Virus record (IMG/VR): IMGVR_UViG_3300028888_005256
Source of the DNA: a virus
Taxonomy: Duplodnaviria > Heunggongvirae > Uroviricota > Caudoviricetes
Strand: one strand, 5' to 3'
Length of the DNA: 16,607 nt
A model generated the notes under the pieces. The model worked only from the letters and a program-made list of their open reading frames with translations. It made no database searches and was not told the origin of the DNA. Shown here piece by piece: positions 6,723 through 13,952 of the stretch (within the stretch, counting starts at the first letter, position 1; the number at the start of each line of letters is the position of its first letter). A program made the translations under genes and the position numbers.

Positions 6723-8195
6723 TTACATGTATTTAGCTCCGCAAGCTGGACAATAGTGGAAGCTGCTTGGGCTCATGTAGCCACAGCCTTTGCCGTCGTC
6801 TGTTTCACAAGCCATCAAAGTAGACTTTACTGAATCAGCGTAGACAATGTCTTTAAGCTTTCCATCTTCGACAATTACATCAAGAATCAAGCTTTTCTCT
6901 TCATCAGTAAGCTTTTCATAGCCTTTCAAAAGAGCAATTTTTTCTGGTGTGAGACCAGGCTTTGTGTCTGATGCTACAGGATCAGTTGTCATTCTTCGAC
7001 GAGTAGGTGCTTCTGTTTCTTTCATTGTATCAAAAGAAGGAGCTTCAGCAGGCTTCTCTTCAACTACAGGAGCAGATTCAGCGGGAGTTTCAGCTTTTGC
7101 AGCTTCCTGAGCTTCAAACTCTTTCTTCATTGCAGCTTCACGGTCTTTTTCAGCTTTTTCAGCTTCAGCCAAGCTTGTAAGTTCTGCTGCAAAGTTTGTG
7201 TTAAGTGCTGCATCGATTGTGCGAATCTGATTTCCGAGGCGAGAAAGAATCTTGTTGTAAGAAGTTACAGCAAACAATTTCTGAATGTTGTAAGTCTCAT
7301 AATTCTTTTCTTCTTCAGTAAGACCAGGATTTGTAGAAACTCTTTCCCAGTCTTTCTCTGAAATACCCTCAAGCTCTACAATGTCATTTTTCTCTTTCTG
7401 CTTTGAAGCATTCTGCAATTTGTATGCAGGTGACTTCTGGCCAGTGCGGATAACATAAGTATCGAATTTGTCCCAACCGAGCTTGTATTTGTATGAGAGG
7501 TCATACATTGGCTCCAAGAATCCAGCTGAGCTGATACCACGATCTGCATATTCACGAACTACTTTCTGTCCAGGATGCTCCTGATCATCGTACTCTTTAC
7601 GAGTTACATTCTTTGAGAAGATTTTTGTATGCTTGTTTTCTTTACACCAATCATCAAGACGGTCAATACAGTTTCCGAAGAAAGTCTGCTTTCCAGCCCA
7701 ACCTGATGCCCATCCGTAAGGCTTGAATTTTGAGCCAGGCTTATCATCTTCAGGCTTATAACCGCCCTTCTTGATAATGGCCCAAATTTCTGGGTGTTCT
7801 GTCTGTACAGGGAATGTTGCTGTTCCGTTCTTCCACTCTTTGTGATTTACAGTATCGATGATTTTCCACATAATATGGTCAGGATTCTGCTCACGTGTAG
7901 GAAGATAGAGATACATTTCAGCGCCTTTGTCATCTTTTACTTTTGCAAGATTGCGTTCGACTGAAGTGTAGCCTTTGTTTGGGTCTGTTTCTTCTTTTGG
8001 GAATGAACCGATAAAACGAACTACTGCATAACCGCCAACGGGTGCAGCGCAAAATTTGATAGGATCGAAGTCTTGTTTGTTGTTTTCGAAACGCTGTTTG
8101 CGTTCCTCAGCTTCTTTCTTTCTCTGTTCTTCTTTGTCTTTCCTAGACTTGATAAAGCTAGTGAAGACGTCGTCATCTGGAGTCTCGTAACTCAT
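6723..8195 (-). CDS. Putative gp32-like single-stranded DNA-binding protein with C-terminal zinc ribbon
   Basis: AVVRFIG resembles gp32 AVIRFLP. Aromatic-rich core, Ala/Glu/Pro-rich linker, terminal C-x7-C...CPACG. It is the first gene of the helicase arm. Confidence 0.55.
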   Translation of the reverse strand: MSYETPDDDVFTSFIKSRKDKEEQRKKEAEERKQRFENNKQDFDPIKFCAAPVGGYAVVRFIGSFPKEETDPNKGYTSVERNLAKVKDDKGAEMYLYLPTREQNPDHIMWKIIDTVNHKEWKNGTATFPVQTEHPEIWAIIKKGGYKPEDDKPGSKFKPYGWASGWAGKQTFFGNCIDRLDDWCKENKHTKIFSKNVTRKEYDDQEHPGQKVVREYADRGISSAGFLEPMYDLSYKYKLGWDKFDTYVIRTGQKSPAYKLQNASKQKEKNDIVELEGISEKDWERVSTNPGLTEEEKNYETYNIQKLFAVTSYNKILSRLGNQIRTIDAALNTNFAAELTSLAEAEKAEKDREAAMKKEFEAQEAAKAETPAESAPVVEEKPAEAPSFDTMKETEAPTRRRMTTDPVASDTKPGLTPEKIALLKGYEKLTDEEKSLILDVIVEDGKLKDIVYADSVKSTLMACETDDGKGCGYMSPSSFHYCPACGAKYM

Positions 8196-8212
8196 AATGT
8201 GTTTCCTCTTCT

Positions 8213-8296
8213 TGACTACTTTGAGTCATTTGAATAAAATTTATTTTATGTTACCCAACGGGTAAAAATTTCTACTTCTTGATGTTATAGAAATTT
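8213..8296 (-). promoter_or_regulatory. Chain of short inverted repeats in the SSB 5' leader
   Basis: TGACT/AGTCA (8213-8228), ATAAAAT/ATTTTAT (8234-8249), TTACCC/GGGTAA (8251-8265), AAATTTCTA/TAGAAATTT (8266-8296). Confidence 0.55.
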
Positions 8297-8302
8297 AGTA
8301 GT

Positions 8303-8311
8303 ATATTAACA
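8303..8311 (-). promoter_or_regulatory. Extended -10 (TG-T-TAATAT), candidate SSB promoter
   Basis: Same motif as before the loader and ORF 8650, about 100 nt upstream of the SSB ATG. Confidence 0.45.
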
Positions 8312-8328
8312 CATAGTCTAGAAACTTT

Positions 8329-8629
8329 GAATTCGTCAACTATTAATGGAGACGACACTGCTATGTGAGAAGTGGGGGGGAATAGCTGCTATTTAATTAT
8401 TAATTTAATTTATTCTATGTTTCTATGCATAATAACGAATTCGTCAACTATTAATGGCGCTACGCGCTATATGCGAAGAGGGGGGGAAGGGGGGGCAGTT
8501 GCTTGTTATTAATTATTAATTTAAATTTATTTTTCTTTTTTATTTTTTGAGAATATCATGAATTCGTCAACTATTAATGGGGACGATTCGATAGTGTAGA
8601 TAGAGGGGCTGGCGTAATATTTTTTTTTT
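8329..8629 (+). repeat. Three-unit array: identical 21-bp repeat + G-tract + AT/T-rich tract; candidate replication origin or ncRNA array
   Basis: GAATTCGTCAACTATTAATGG at 8329-8349, 8437-8457 and 8560-8580. G-tracts at 8374-8380, 8480-8486/8489-8495 and 8605-8608. TAATTATTAATTTAA at 8394-8408 and 8510-8524. T10 at 8620-8629. The repeat itself is certain; its function is inferred. Confidence 0.9.
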
Positions 8630-8634
8630 AGATT

Positions 8635-8643
8635 TGTTAATAT
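8635..8643 (+). promoter_or_regulatory. Extended -10 (TG-T-TAATAT), 6 nt before ATG 8650; leaderless geometry
   Basis: TGTTAATAT-ctttat-ATG with no SD upstream. Confidence 0.5.
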
Positions 8644-8649
8644 CTTTAT

Positions 8650-9213
8650 ATGGCAGAGTACTACATTACTGGAAATGGGCAGAGAATATATAAAGATCCT
8701 GCAAAGCAAAGAGCATACTTGAAATGGCTTGAGAATAAAGAACTTGAAAAATCTAGAAAAATGAGACCTCAGCAGCAAAGGCCTGCACCTGCAAGACAAA
8801 AGCCTGATGATGGATACGACATAATTGATGGAGAAAGAATCTATCATGATCCTGCAAAGCAAGCTCGTTGGATGAAGTTTCTCAAAGAAAAAGAGGCTCA
8901 GAAAGCTGCAAATGAAAGAGATGAATTTGAGAATGCATATTCTGAAGACAATGCAGAAGAAGAATACACAATCAATCAATTCGGTGACAGACAGTATTAC
9001 GACCCTGAAAAACAAAGAGCTTATGAGGAACTAATTAAACGAAAAGCAAGAGAAGAAATTGAGCACCCGAAAGATAACACGATCTTTTCATCTCAATATC
9101 GAGACTTGGATTTTCAGTATCAATGGGAAGAAAAAGAATTCGACTCATCAAATTTTGAGATGGAAGAGGGCGATTATGACCTTGGCGACAAGGAACAGCC
9201 TTCAGAGGACTGA
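8650..9213 (+). CDS. Hypothetical protein with three ~24-aa repeats and an acidic C-terminus
   Basis: YYITGNGQRIYKDPAKQRAYLKWL / YDIIDGERIYHDPAKQARWMKFL / YTINQFGDRQYYDPEKQRAYEELI. The DNA duplication GATCCTGCAAAGCAA occurs at 8695 and 8848. Confidence 0.85.
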   Translation: MAEYYITGNGQRIYKDPAKQRAYLKWLENKELEKSRKMRPQQQRPAPARQKPDDGYDIIDGERIYHDPAKQARWMKFLKEKEAQKAANERDEFENAYSEDNAEEEYTINQFGDRQYYDPEKQRAYEELIKRKAREEIEHPKDNTIFSSQYRDLDFQYQWEEKEFDSSNFEMEEGDYDLGDKEQPSED

Positions 9214-9221
9214 AATTAAAG

Positions 9222-10148
9222 ATGTTAGACACAACACTCACTTTTCCTAACGCAGGAATAAATGTTCTTATTATATCAGGAACGCATGGCGATGAATCTA
9301 ATGCAGTAAAAGTATCTTCTATGCTTTACAGAAGCTTGGCTGCATTGGCTACATCAGGACAGCAGGCAATTGACAGAATTGGCTCTATTAGATTTCTTAT
9401 CGGAATCAATGAGCAGGGCTTGAAATACAATTCAAGAGAGTATGTCCCTTCACAGTACTCACATGATATCAATAGAAGCTTTTCTGCAGAACCGCAGACA
9501 CAGGCTGAAATTATCAATGTTGTAACAGATGCAATTAAAGATTGCGATGTTATGGTTGATTTACATAACTCAGAATTTTGTGCAAATTGCTTTGCTATTG
9601 ACAATAATTCAGAAGCTCCGTACTTTATAGAGTTCTTGACAAGAAACAAGCTTCCATTCACATTGAGAGATTCTTGCGGTAACAGCACAATCAAACAGTA
9701 TGCCAACAAAGCTGGTAAAGTAGGATTCACTCTTGAGCTTGATTGCATGGGCTATTCTTATGATGCACAGAAAATTCAAGAGAACATGCAGTTTGTCTAC
9801 AATTTCTTGAAGACACTTGGCTCAGCAAGATTGCCAAAATCATTTGATGACTCAGTTTGCACAGTCTGGAATCCTACAGCACTTTCAGCAAAAGAGATTC
9901 CAGTCATTGATTTGCATGCTTACACTGCATTCTCGATTTTCTCTAGAGCATCAGGTCTTGTAAATTATGCAAAGCCAAATCCGCTTGCTACTTATCAGAA
10001 AGGCGAGACGATTGCTGAAGTCACAGATTTTGCTGGAAACATTCTTTACACTATAAAAGCTCCAGTTGCAGGATTTATGACATGCATCAGCTCATCGCTT
10101 TATATTGCTGAGAATGATTCTATTGGAGAATTCCAGCCTTCATTCTAA
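9222..10148 (+). CDS. Succinylglutamate desuccinylase/aspartoacylase (AstE/AspA, M14-type Zn deacylase)
   Basis: GTHGDE (HxxE), DINRSF, DLHNS, catalytic FTLELD, and a C-terminal lipoyl-like domain (KAPVAG). Confidence 0.85.
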   Translation: MLDTTLTFPNAGINVLIISGTHGDESNAVKVSSMLYRSLAALATSGQQAIDRIGSIRFLIGINEQGLKYNSREYVPSQYSHDINRSFSAEPQTQAEIINVVTDAIKDCDVMVDLHNSEFCANCFAIDNNSEAPYFIEFLTRNKLPFTLRDSCGNSTIKQYANKAGKVGFTLELDCMGYSYDAQKIQENMQFVYNFLKTLGSARLPKSFDDSVCTVWNPTALSAKEIPVIDLHAYTAFSIFSRASGLVNYAKPNPLATYQKGETIAEVTDFAGNILYTIKAPVAGFMTCISSSLYIAENDSIGEFQPSF

Positions 10149-10165
10149 TTAGAAGACACAAATAA

Positions 10166-10187
10166 GAGAGCTCATAGAAGAGCTCTC
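10166..10187. other. 8-bp hairpin after the deacylase gene
   Basis: GAGAGCTC-ATAGAA-GAGCTCTC. There is no U-tail on the plus strand, so it is not a classic forward terminator. Confidence 0.45.
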
Positions 10188-10265
10188 AAGTTGTCTATAG
10201 TTAATTTTTAATTACTTATTTGCAATTTAATGTTTCAAAGAAAACATGTATAAGAGGTTTTTAAG

Positions 10266-11597
10266 TTGAACATCACTGAATTTCTAGACACGCAGTATAA
10301 TGAAGCTGCTTTGTACATGCTTTATCGTAATACTGCTTCCTATGTAGACGGACTAAAGAATGCTGCTCGTAAAGTTGTTTACACAATCAAAAAAAGAAAC
10401 ATTTCTCATCCAATGAAAGTTTCAGCACTTGGCTCAGCTGTAGTAGAAGCAGCAGAGTATTTGCATGGAGATGCTTCAATTCAGACTACAATTGTAACAG
10501 CAGCAAAAAGTGCAGGTGGCTACAACAATCTTCCAGTTCTTGAAGGCATTGGGGCTTTTGGAACTCGTTTCAACAAAGAGAATGCTGCAGCTCGTTACAT
10601 CTTTGCAAAGCCTGCAGAGTATTTTGACCTGCTTTTCAGAAAAGAAGATGACCCAAATCTTGCATTGCAGGAATTCGAGGGAAAGCCAATTGAGCCTATG
10701 TACTATGTTCCTACTTTGCCTTTGATTTTGGTAAATGGCTCAGAAGGTATTGGTGTTGGTTTCTCTTCTTTGGTTTTTGCAAGGCCTGTTGCAAATGTCA
10801 TAAAGGCGACAAGAGCTTTTATTGAGGGAAAAAAATTAAAATCTGAGTGGTTCTACCCTGGCTGGCATGACTTTAGAGGCACAGTTGCTCCAGATGAAGG
10901 CACAAGGTGGATTGTCAAGGGCGTATATGAACGCAATGGCAAGAAGGTTAAGATTTCTGAAGTGCCTATTTCTTGGAACTTGAAGCCTTTTACTGACAAT
11001 CTTGATAAGCTCAAAGATGCTGGAAAAATCAGAAGCTATCTAGACTTCTCAGAAGACGATCACTTTAAGTTTGAAGTCACACTTTCAGATGAAGAAGCTC
11101 TCAAGACATCTGAAGAGATCGAAAAAGATCTTGGCTTAGTAGAGCCAATGTCTGAGATTCTCTCTTTGTTCGATGAGACAAATCAAATCCGTGAGTACAA
11201 TGACATTAAAGAGATATTTAAAGACTATTGTGACATCAAAATCAAGTCACTTCAGTGGAGAATCAAATCTGAGATTGCTCGGCTCTCAAAAGAAGAAAGT
11301 GACCTTAAAGAAACATTGAAATTCGTCAAAGAGAATATAAAAGGCACTATCGTTCTTAAAAATAAGAAGAAAGCTGAAGCAGAAAAAGAGCTTAAAGAAA
11401 AAGGCTATACAATCATTGACAAGCTGATTTCTATGCCACTTTATTCTTTGACCATAGATAAGGTAAAAGAGCTTGAAGACAAAGTGAAAGCAAAGACAGC
11501 AGAACTTAAAGCAATGAAAACAGCTACTCCTCAGTCTTTGTGGTCTAAAGACATTGACGAGCTCGAAGTTAATTTGAAAAAGACAGGTTGGTTGTAA
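10266..11597 (+). CDS. Type IIA DNA topoisomerase, breakage-reunion subunit (T4 gp52/GyrA/ParC-like, no CTD)
   Basis: YVDGLK, YLHGDAS, catalytic AAARYI, LVNGSEGIGVGF. 443 aa. TTG start with SD AGAGG. Confidence 0.95.
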   Translation: MNITEFLDTQYNEAALYMLYRNTASYVDGLKNAARKVVYTIKKRNISHPMKVSALGSAVVEAAEYLHGDASIQTTIVTAAKSAGGYNNLPVLEGIGAFGTRFNKENAAARYIFAKPAEYFDLLFRKEDDPNLALQEFEGKPIEPMYYVPTLPLILVNGSEGIGVGFSSLVFARPVANVIKATRAFIEGKKLKSEWFYPGWHDFRGTVAPDEGTRWIVKGVYERNGKKVKISEVPISWNLKPFTDNLDKLKDAGKIRSYLDFSEDDHFKFEVTLSDEEALKTSEEIEKDLGLVEPMSEILSLFDETNQIREYNDIKEIFKDYCDIKIKSLQWRIKSEIARLSKEESDLKETLKFVKENIKGTIVLKNKKKAEAEKELKEKGYTIIDKLISMPLYSLTIDKVKELEDKVKAKTAELKAMKTATPQSLWSKDIDELEVNLKKTGWL

Positions 11598-11598
11598 G

Positions 11599-13464
11599 AT
11601 GGCAAGTAAAGATTCAGCAATACAGTCACTCTCAACAGTAGAGCATATTTTGAAAAGACCAGGCATGTGGATTGGTGGTACAAGTCCGATTGAGCATGAT
11701 GTCTGGATTCTTGATGATAATGATTCTATTTCTTTCAAGAAAGTTCTTTATACAGAAGGTCTTCTGAAGATTTGTAATGAGGTTATCGACAACTCTATTG
11801 ATGAAGGCATCAAGACAGACTGGAAATATTCAAATAAAATCAAAATCTCAATCACTAAAGATACTTTCTCTTGTGAAGACAATGGCAGAGGCATTCCTGT
11901 AGAGAAAGACGCTAAAGGCGATTGGATGTGTGTAAATGCTGTCTGTAAGCCAATGTCTGGAAGCAATTTCACAGATGACAATCGTCAGACAATTGGTACA
12001 AACGGCATCGGTGTTAAGGGTGCTAATATCTTCTCAAAAGAGTTTGAATGTATCACTTGCGACGGCAAGAACAAAATGAAGATTGAGTGCTCTGACAATA
12101 GAGCAAATGAGAAGCACACTCTTCTTAAGGGCAATGACAAAACCGGCACAAAAGTCTCATTCAAGCCCGACTTTGAAAGATTTCATGTAAAGAACTTTGA
12201 TGATGGGATTATTTCTCTTATTAAGACAAGATTAAAGTTCCTCTCTTGGTTTTATCCGAAGTGTCAGATTTCTCTCAATGGCGAGAAAATGGGAATGAAA
12301 GCAAAAGAGCTTTCTCAGCTATTCCCTCAGCCTTCAGTCACTGTAAGCAATGACAATGTTCTTATCATGGTTTATCCTGCAGAAGAACAAGCATTTCTGA
12401 CTTATGTAAACGGTATTTCTTTAAGAGACGGTGGCTCTCATGTTGAGTACATTCTTGGAAAATTGATTTATGACATTCGAGAGAAAGTCTCTAAGAAGTA
12501 CAAAGCAATTAAGCCAATGGACATTCGAAATCGTCTTGGCATTGTAGTTCTTTTCAAAGGCTTTGCAAATTGTGCTTTCAACAGTCAGACAAAAGAAGAA
12601 CTTACAAATGCTCCTGCAGACACTGGCGAGTTCTTAAGAAACAATGGCATCAGTCTTGATGAATTGTCTGCAAAGATTCTTAAGACAAAGCCGATTGTAG
12701 ACAATATTGTAGATCTCTTTAGGCTTAAAGAAGAGCTCAATGAGAGAAAAGAACTTGCTGCTCTTAATAAAACTAAAAAAGAAGTAAAGAGCGAGAAGTA
12801 CTTCCCTCCGATTGCAAAAACAGGTCAGAAGTTCCTTATGATTACTGAAGGTCAGTCGGCATTCTCTGGAATCTCTCCAATTCTTGGTAGAAAAGGCATT
12901 GGCTACTATATGCTTCGTGGTAAGCCTATGAATATTCTTGAAAAGCCTGCAGCAGGTGCTAAAGGCTACATGAAGAATCTTGAGATTTCTGAACTTGTAA
13001 ATATTCTCGGTCTAGACTTGAATGGAAAGACTGAAGACATGAGATATGACTATGTAGTCGTTCTTTCTGACGCAGATCCAGACGGCACTTCTATCGCAGG
13101 CCTTACGCTTGCTATGATGTCTAAGCTTGCACCAAAAATGATTGAGCAGGGACGAATCTGTCGTCTCAATACGCCTCTTCTTATTGGTCTTAAAGGCAAC
13201 AAAGTAGAAGAATACTATTTCAAATTTCCTGACAGAAAAGACATGAAGAAGACTCTCTCATACTTCTATTTGAAGGGCTTAGGCTCTTGGACGAAAGATC
13301 GTCTCAATCAAGTTCTCGATAAAGAAGGCGGGATGGAAAAGCTCTTGATGCCTTTTGAGATGGATAAAAAAGCTCTTGAATCTATCAACAATTGGTTTGG
13401 TCCTGATGCTACTGAAAGAAAGAAAAAACTTCGTGGTATTGAGTTCCATATCAATAATGCATAA
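11599..13464 (+). CDS. Type IIA DNA topoisomerase, ATPase+TOPRIM subunit (T4 gp39+gp60 fused; GyrB/ParE-like)
   Basis: EHILKRPGMWIG, EVIDNSIDE, DNGRGIP, GTNGIG, TEGQSA, LRGK, DADPDG, YLKGLGS. Confidence 0.95.
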   Translation: MASKDSAIQSLSTVEHILKRPGMWIGGTSPIEHDVWILDDNDSISFKKVLYTEGLLKICNEVIDNSIDEGIKTDWKYSNKIKISITKDTFSCEDNGRGIPVEKDAKGDWMCVNAVCKPMSGSNFTDDNRQTIGTNGIGVKGANIFSKEFECITCDGKNKMKIECSDNRANEKHTLLKGNDKTGTKVSFKPDFERFHVKNFDDGIISLIKTRLKFLSWFYPKCQISLNGEKMGMKAKELSQLFPQPSVTVSNDNVLIMVYPAEEQAFLTYVNGISLRDGGSHVEYILGKLIYDIREKVSKKYKAIKPMDIRNRLGIVVLFKGFANCAFNSQTKEELTNAPADTGEFLRNNGISLDELSAKILKTKPIVDNIVDLFRLKEELNERKELAALNKTKKEVKSEKYFPPIAKTGQKFLMITEGQSAFSGISPILGRKGIGYYMLRGKPMNILEKPAAGAKGYMKNLEISELVNILGLDLNGKTEDMRYDYVVVLSDADPDGTSIAGLTLAMMSKLAPKMIEQGRICRLNTPLLIGLKGNKVEEYYFKFPDRKDMKKTLSYFYLKGLGSWTKDRLNQVLDKEGGMEKLLMPFEMDKKALESINNWFGPDATERKKKLRGIEFHINNA

Positions 13465-13497
13465 GACATAAGTCTTCAATAGAGAGTTTTAATTAGC

Positions 13498-13528
13498 AGC
13501 TCCCTCTTAGTAGGGAGCTTTTTCTTTT
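13498..13528 (+). terminator. Intrinsic terminator after the topoisomerase genes
   Basis: AGCTCCCT-CTTAGT-AGGGAGCT followed by TTTTCTTTT. Confidence 0.85.
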
Positions 13529-13559
13529 AAAAAACTTTGCAGAATTCTATTATATTATT
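13526..13559 (+). promoter_or_regulatory. TTTAAA-N16-TATTATATTATT promoter (copy 3)
   Basis: TTTAAA 13526-13531, 16 nt, TATTATATTATT 13548-13559, then SD GGGAG and ATG 13581. Confidence 0.7.
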
Positions 13560-13580
13560 TATGTATGGGAGACTTACAAT

Positions 13581-13727
13581 ATGAGAGAATATGCAGGTAA
13601 GCTCATAGAGCTTTGTGAGGAAGGTGCTCTTAATTGGGAGACTCTTGCTCGAGAAGCATTGGCAAGATTGTCTGAAGATGAAGCAGAAGATATTTGCGAA
13701 ATCTTTGACCCAAACTATGAAGATTAA
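13581..13727 (+). CDS. 48-aa acidic small protein (not in ORF track)
   Basis: MREYAGKLIELCEEGALNWETLAREALARLSEDEAEDICEIFDPNYED*. SD GGGAG, directly after the promoter motif. Confidence 0.75.
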   Translation: MREYAGKLIELCEEGALNWETLAREALARLSEDEAEDICEIFDPNYED

Positions 13728-13742
13728 GCAGAGGCAGCTATT

Positions 13743-13952
13743 ATGGGCATAACAGTCTATGACGATGATTTTATAGGAACTCGTCTCAAAGAGTATCAAA
13801 AGACTCGTTACTCAAGCGGAGTAATTGGAGTTTATGATTCTGAAGAAGACTTACATGCTGCAGAAGAATATGATAACGGCTATGAGACAGGCCGAGATGA
13901 AGGCTTCTTTGATGGTTATGTTCAGTGTCTGAAAGATCTGGGAGTGCGATAA
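13743..13952 (+). CDS. Small acidic hypothetical protein
   Basis: 69-aa ORF with SD-like GAGG upstream. Its TAA overlaps the next ATG (TAATG). Confidence 0.7.
   Translation: MGITVYDDDFIGTRLKEYQKTRYSSGVIGVYDSEEDLHAAEEYDNGYETGRDEGFFDGYVQCLKDLGVR

Noticed and set aside
8329-8580. CRISPR mini-array interpretation of the 21-bp repeats
   Set aside because: The intervening segments are 87 and 102 nt, resemble each other and carry homopolymer tracts. The repeat is not palindromic and there are no cas genes in view.
8329-8580. TTGACG inside the repeat (minus strand) as a sigma70 -35
   Set aside because: There is no consistent -10 hexamer 16-18 nt downstream in the three copies.
8267-8601. Cas12a-repeat-like fragments AATTTCTACT (8267-8276) and AGTGTAGAT (8593-8601)
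   Set aside because: The two halves are ~320 nt apart, and the first is explained by a local 9-bp inverted repeat. Probably coincidence.
8196-8649. Host DnaA boxes in the putative origin
   Set aside because: I saw no TTATCCACA-like 9-mer by eye.
8527-9015. 162-aa minus-strand ORF overlapping the array and ORF 8650
   Set aside because: It is a Phe/Leu/Ile-rich antisense shadow of a lysine/glutamate-rich gene, with no RBS.
10826-10832. G-GGA-AAA slippery heptamer in the topoisomerase A gene
   Set aside because: There is no clear downstream stimulator, the -1 frame stops within a few codons, and such heptamers are expected by chance in A-rich DNA.
3153-13464. Introns, inteins or homing endonucleases in the helicase or topoisomerase genes
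   Set aside because: The proteins are of normal length with contiguous motifs, and I saw no LAGLIDADG, HNH, GIY-YIG or intein signatures.
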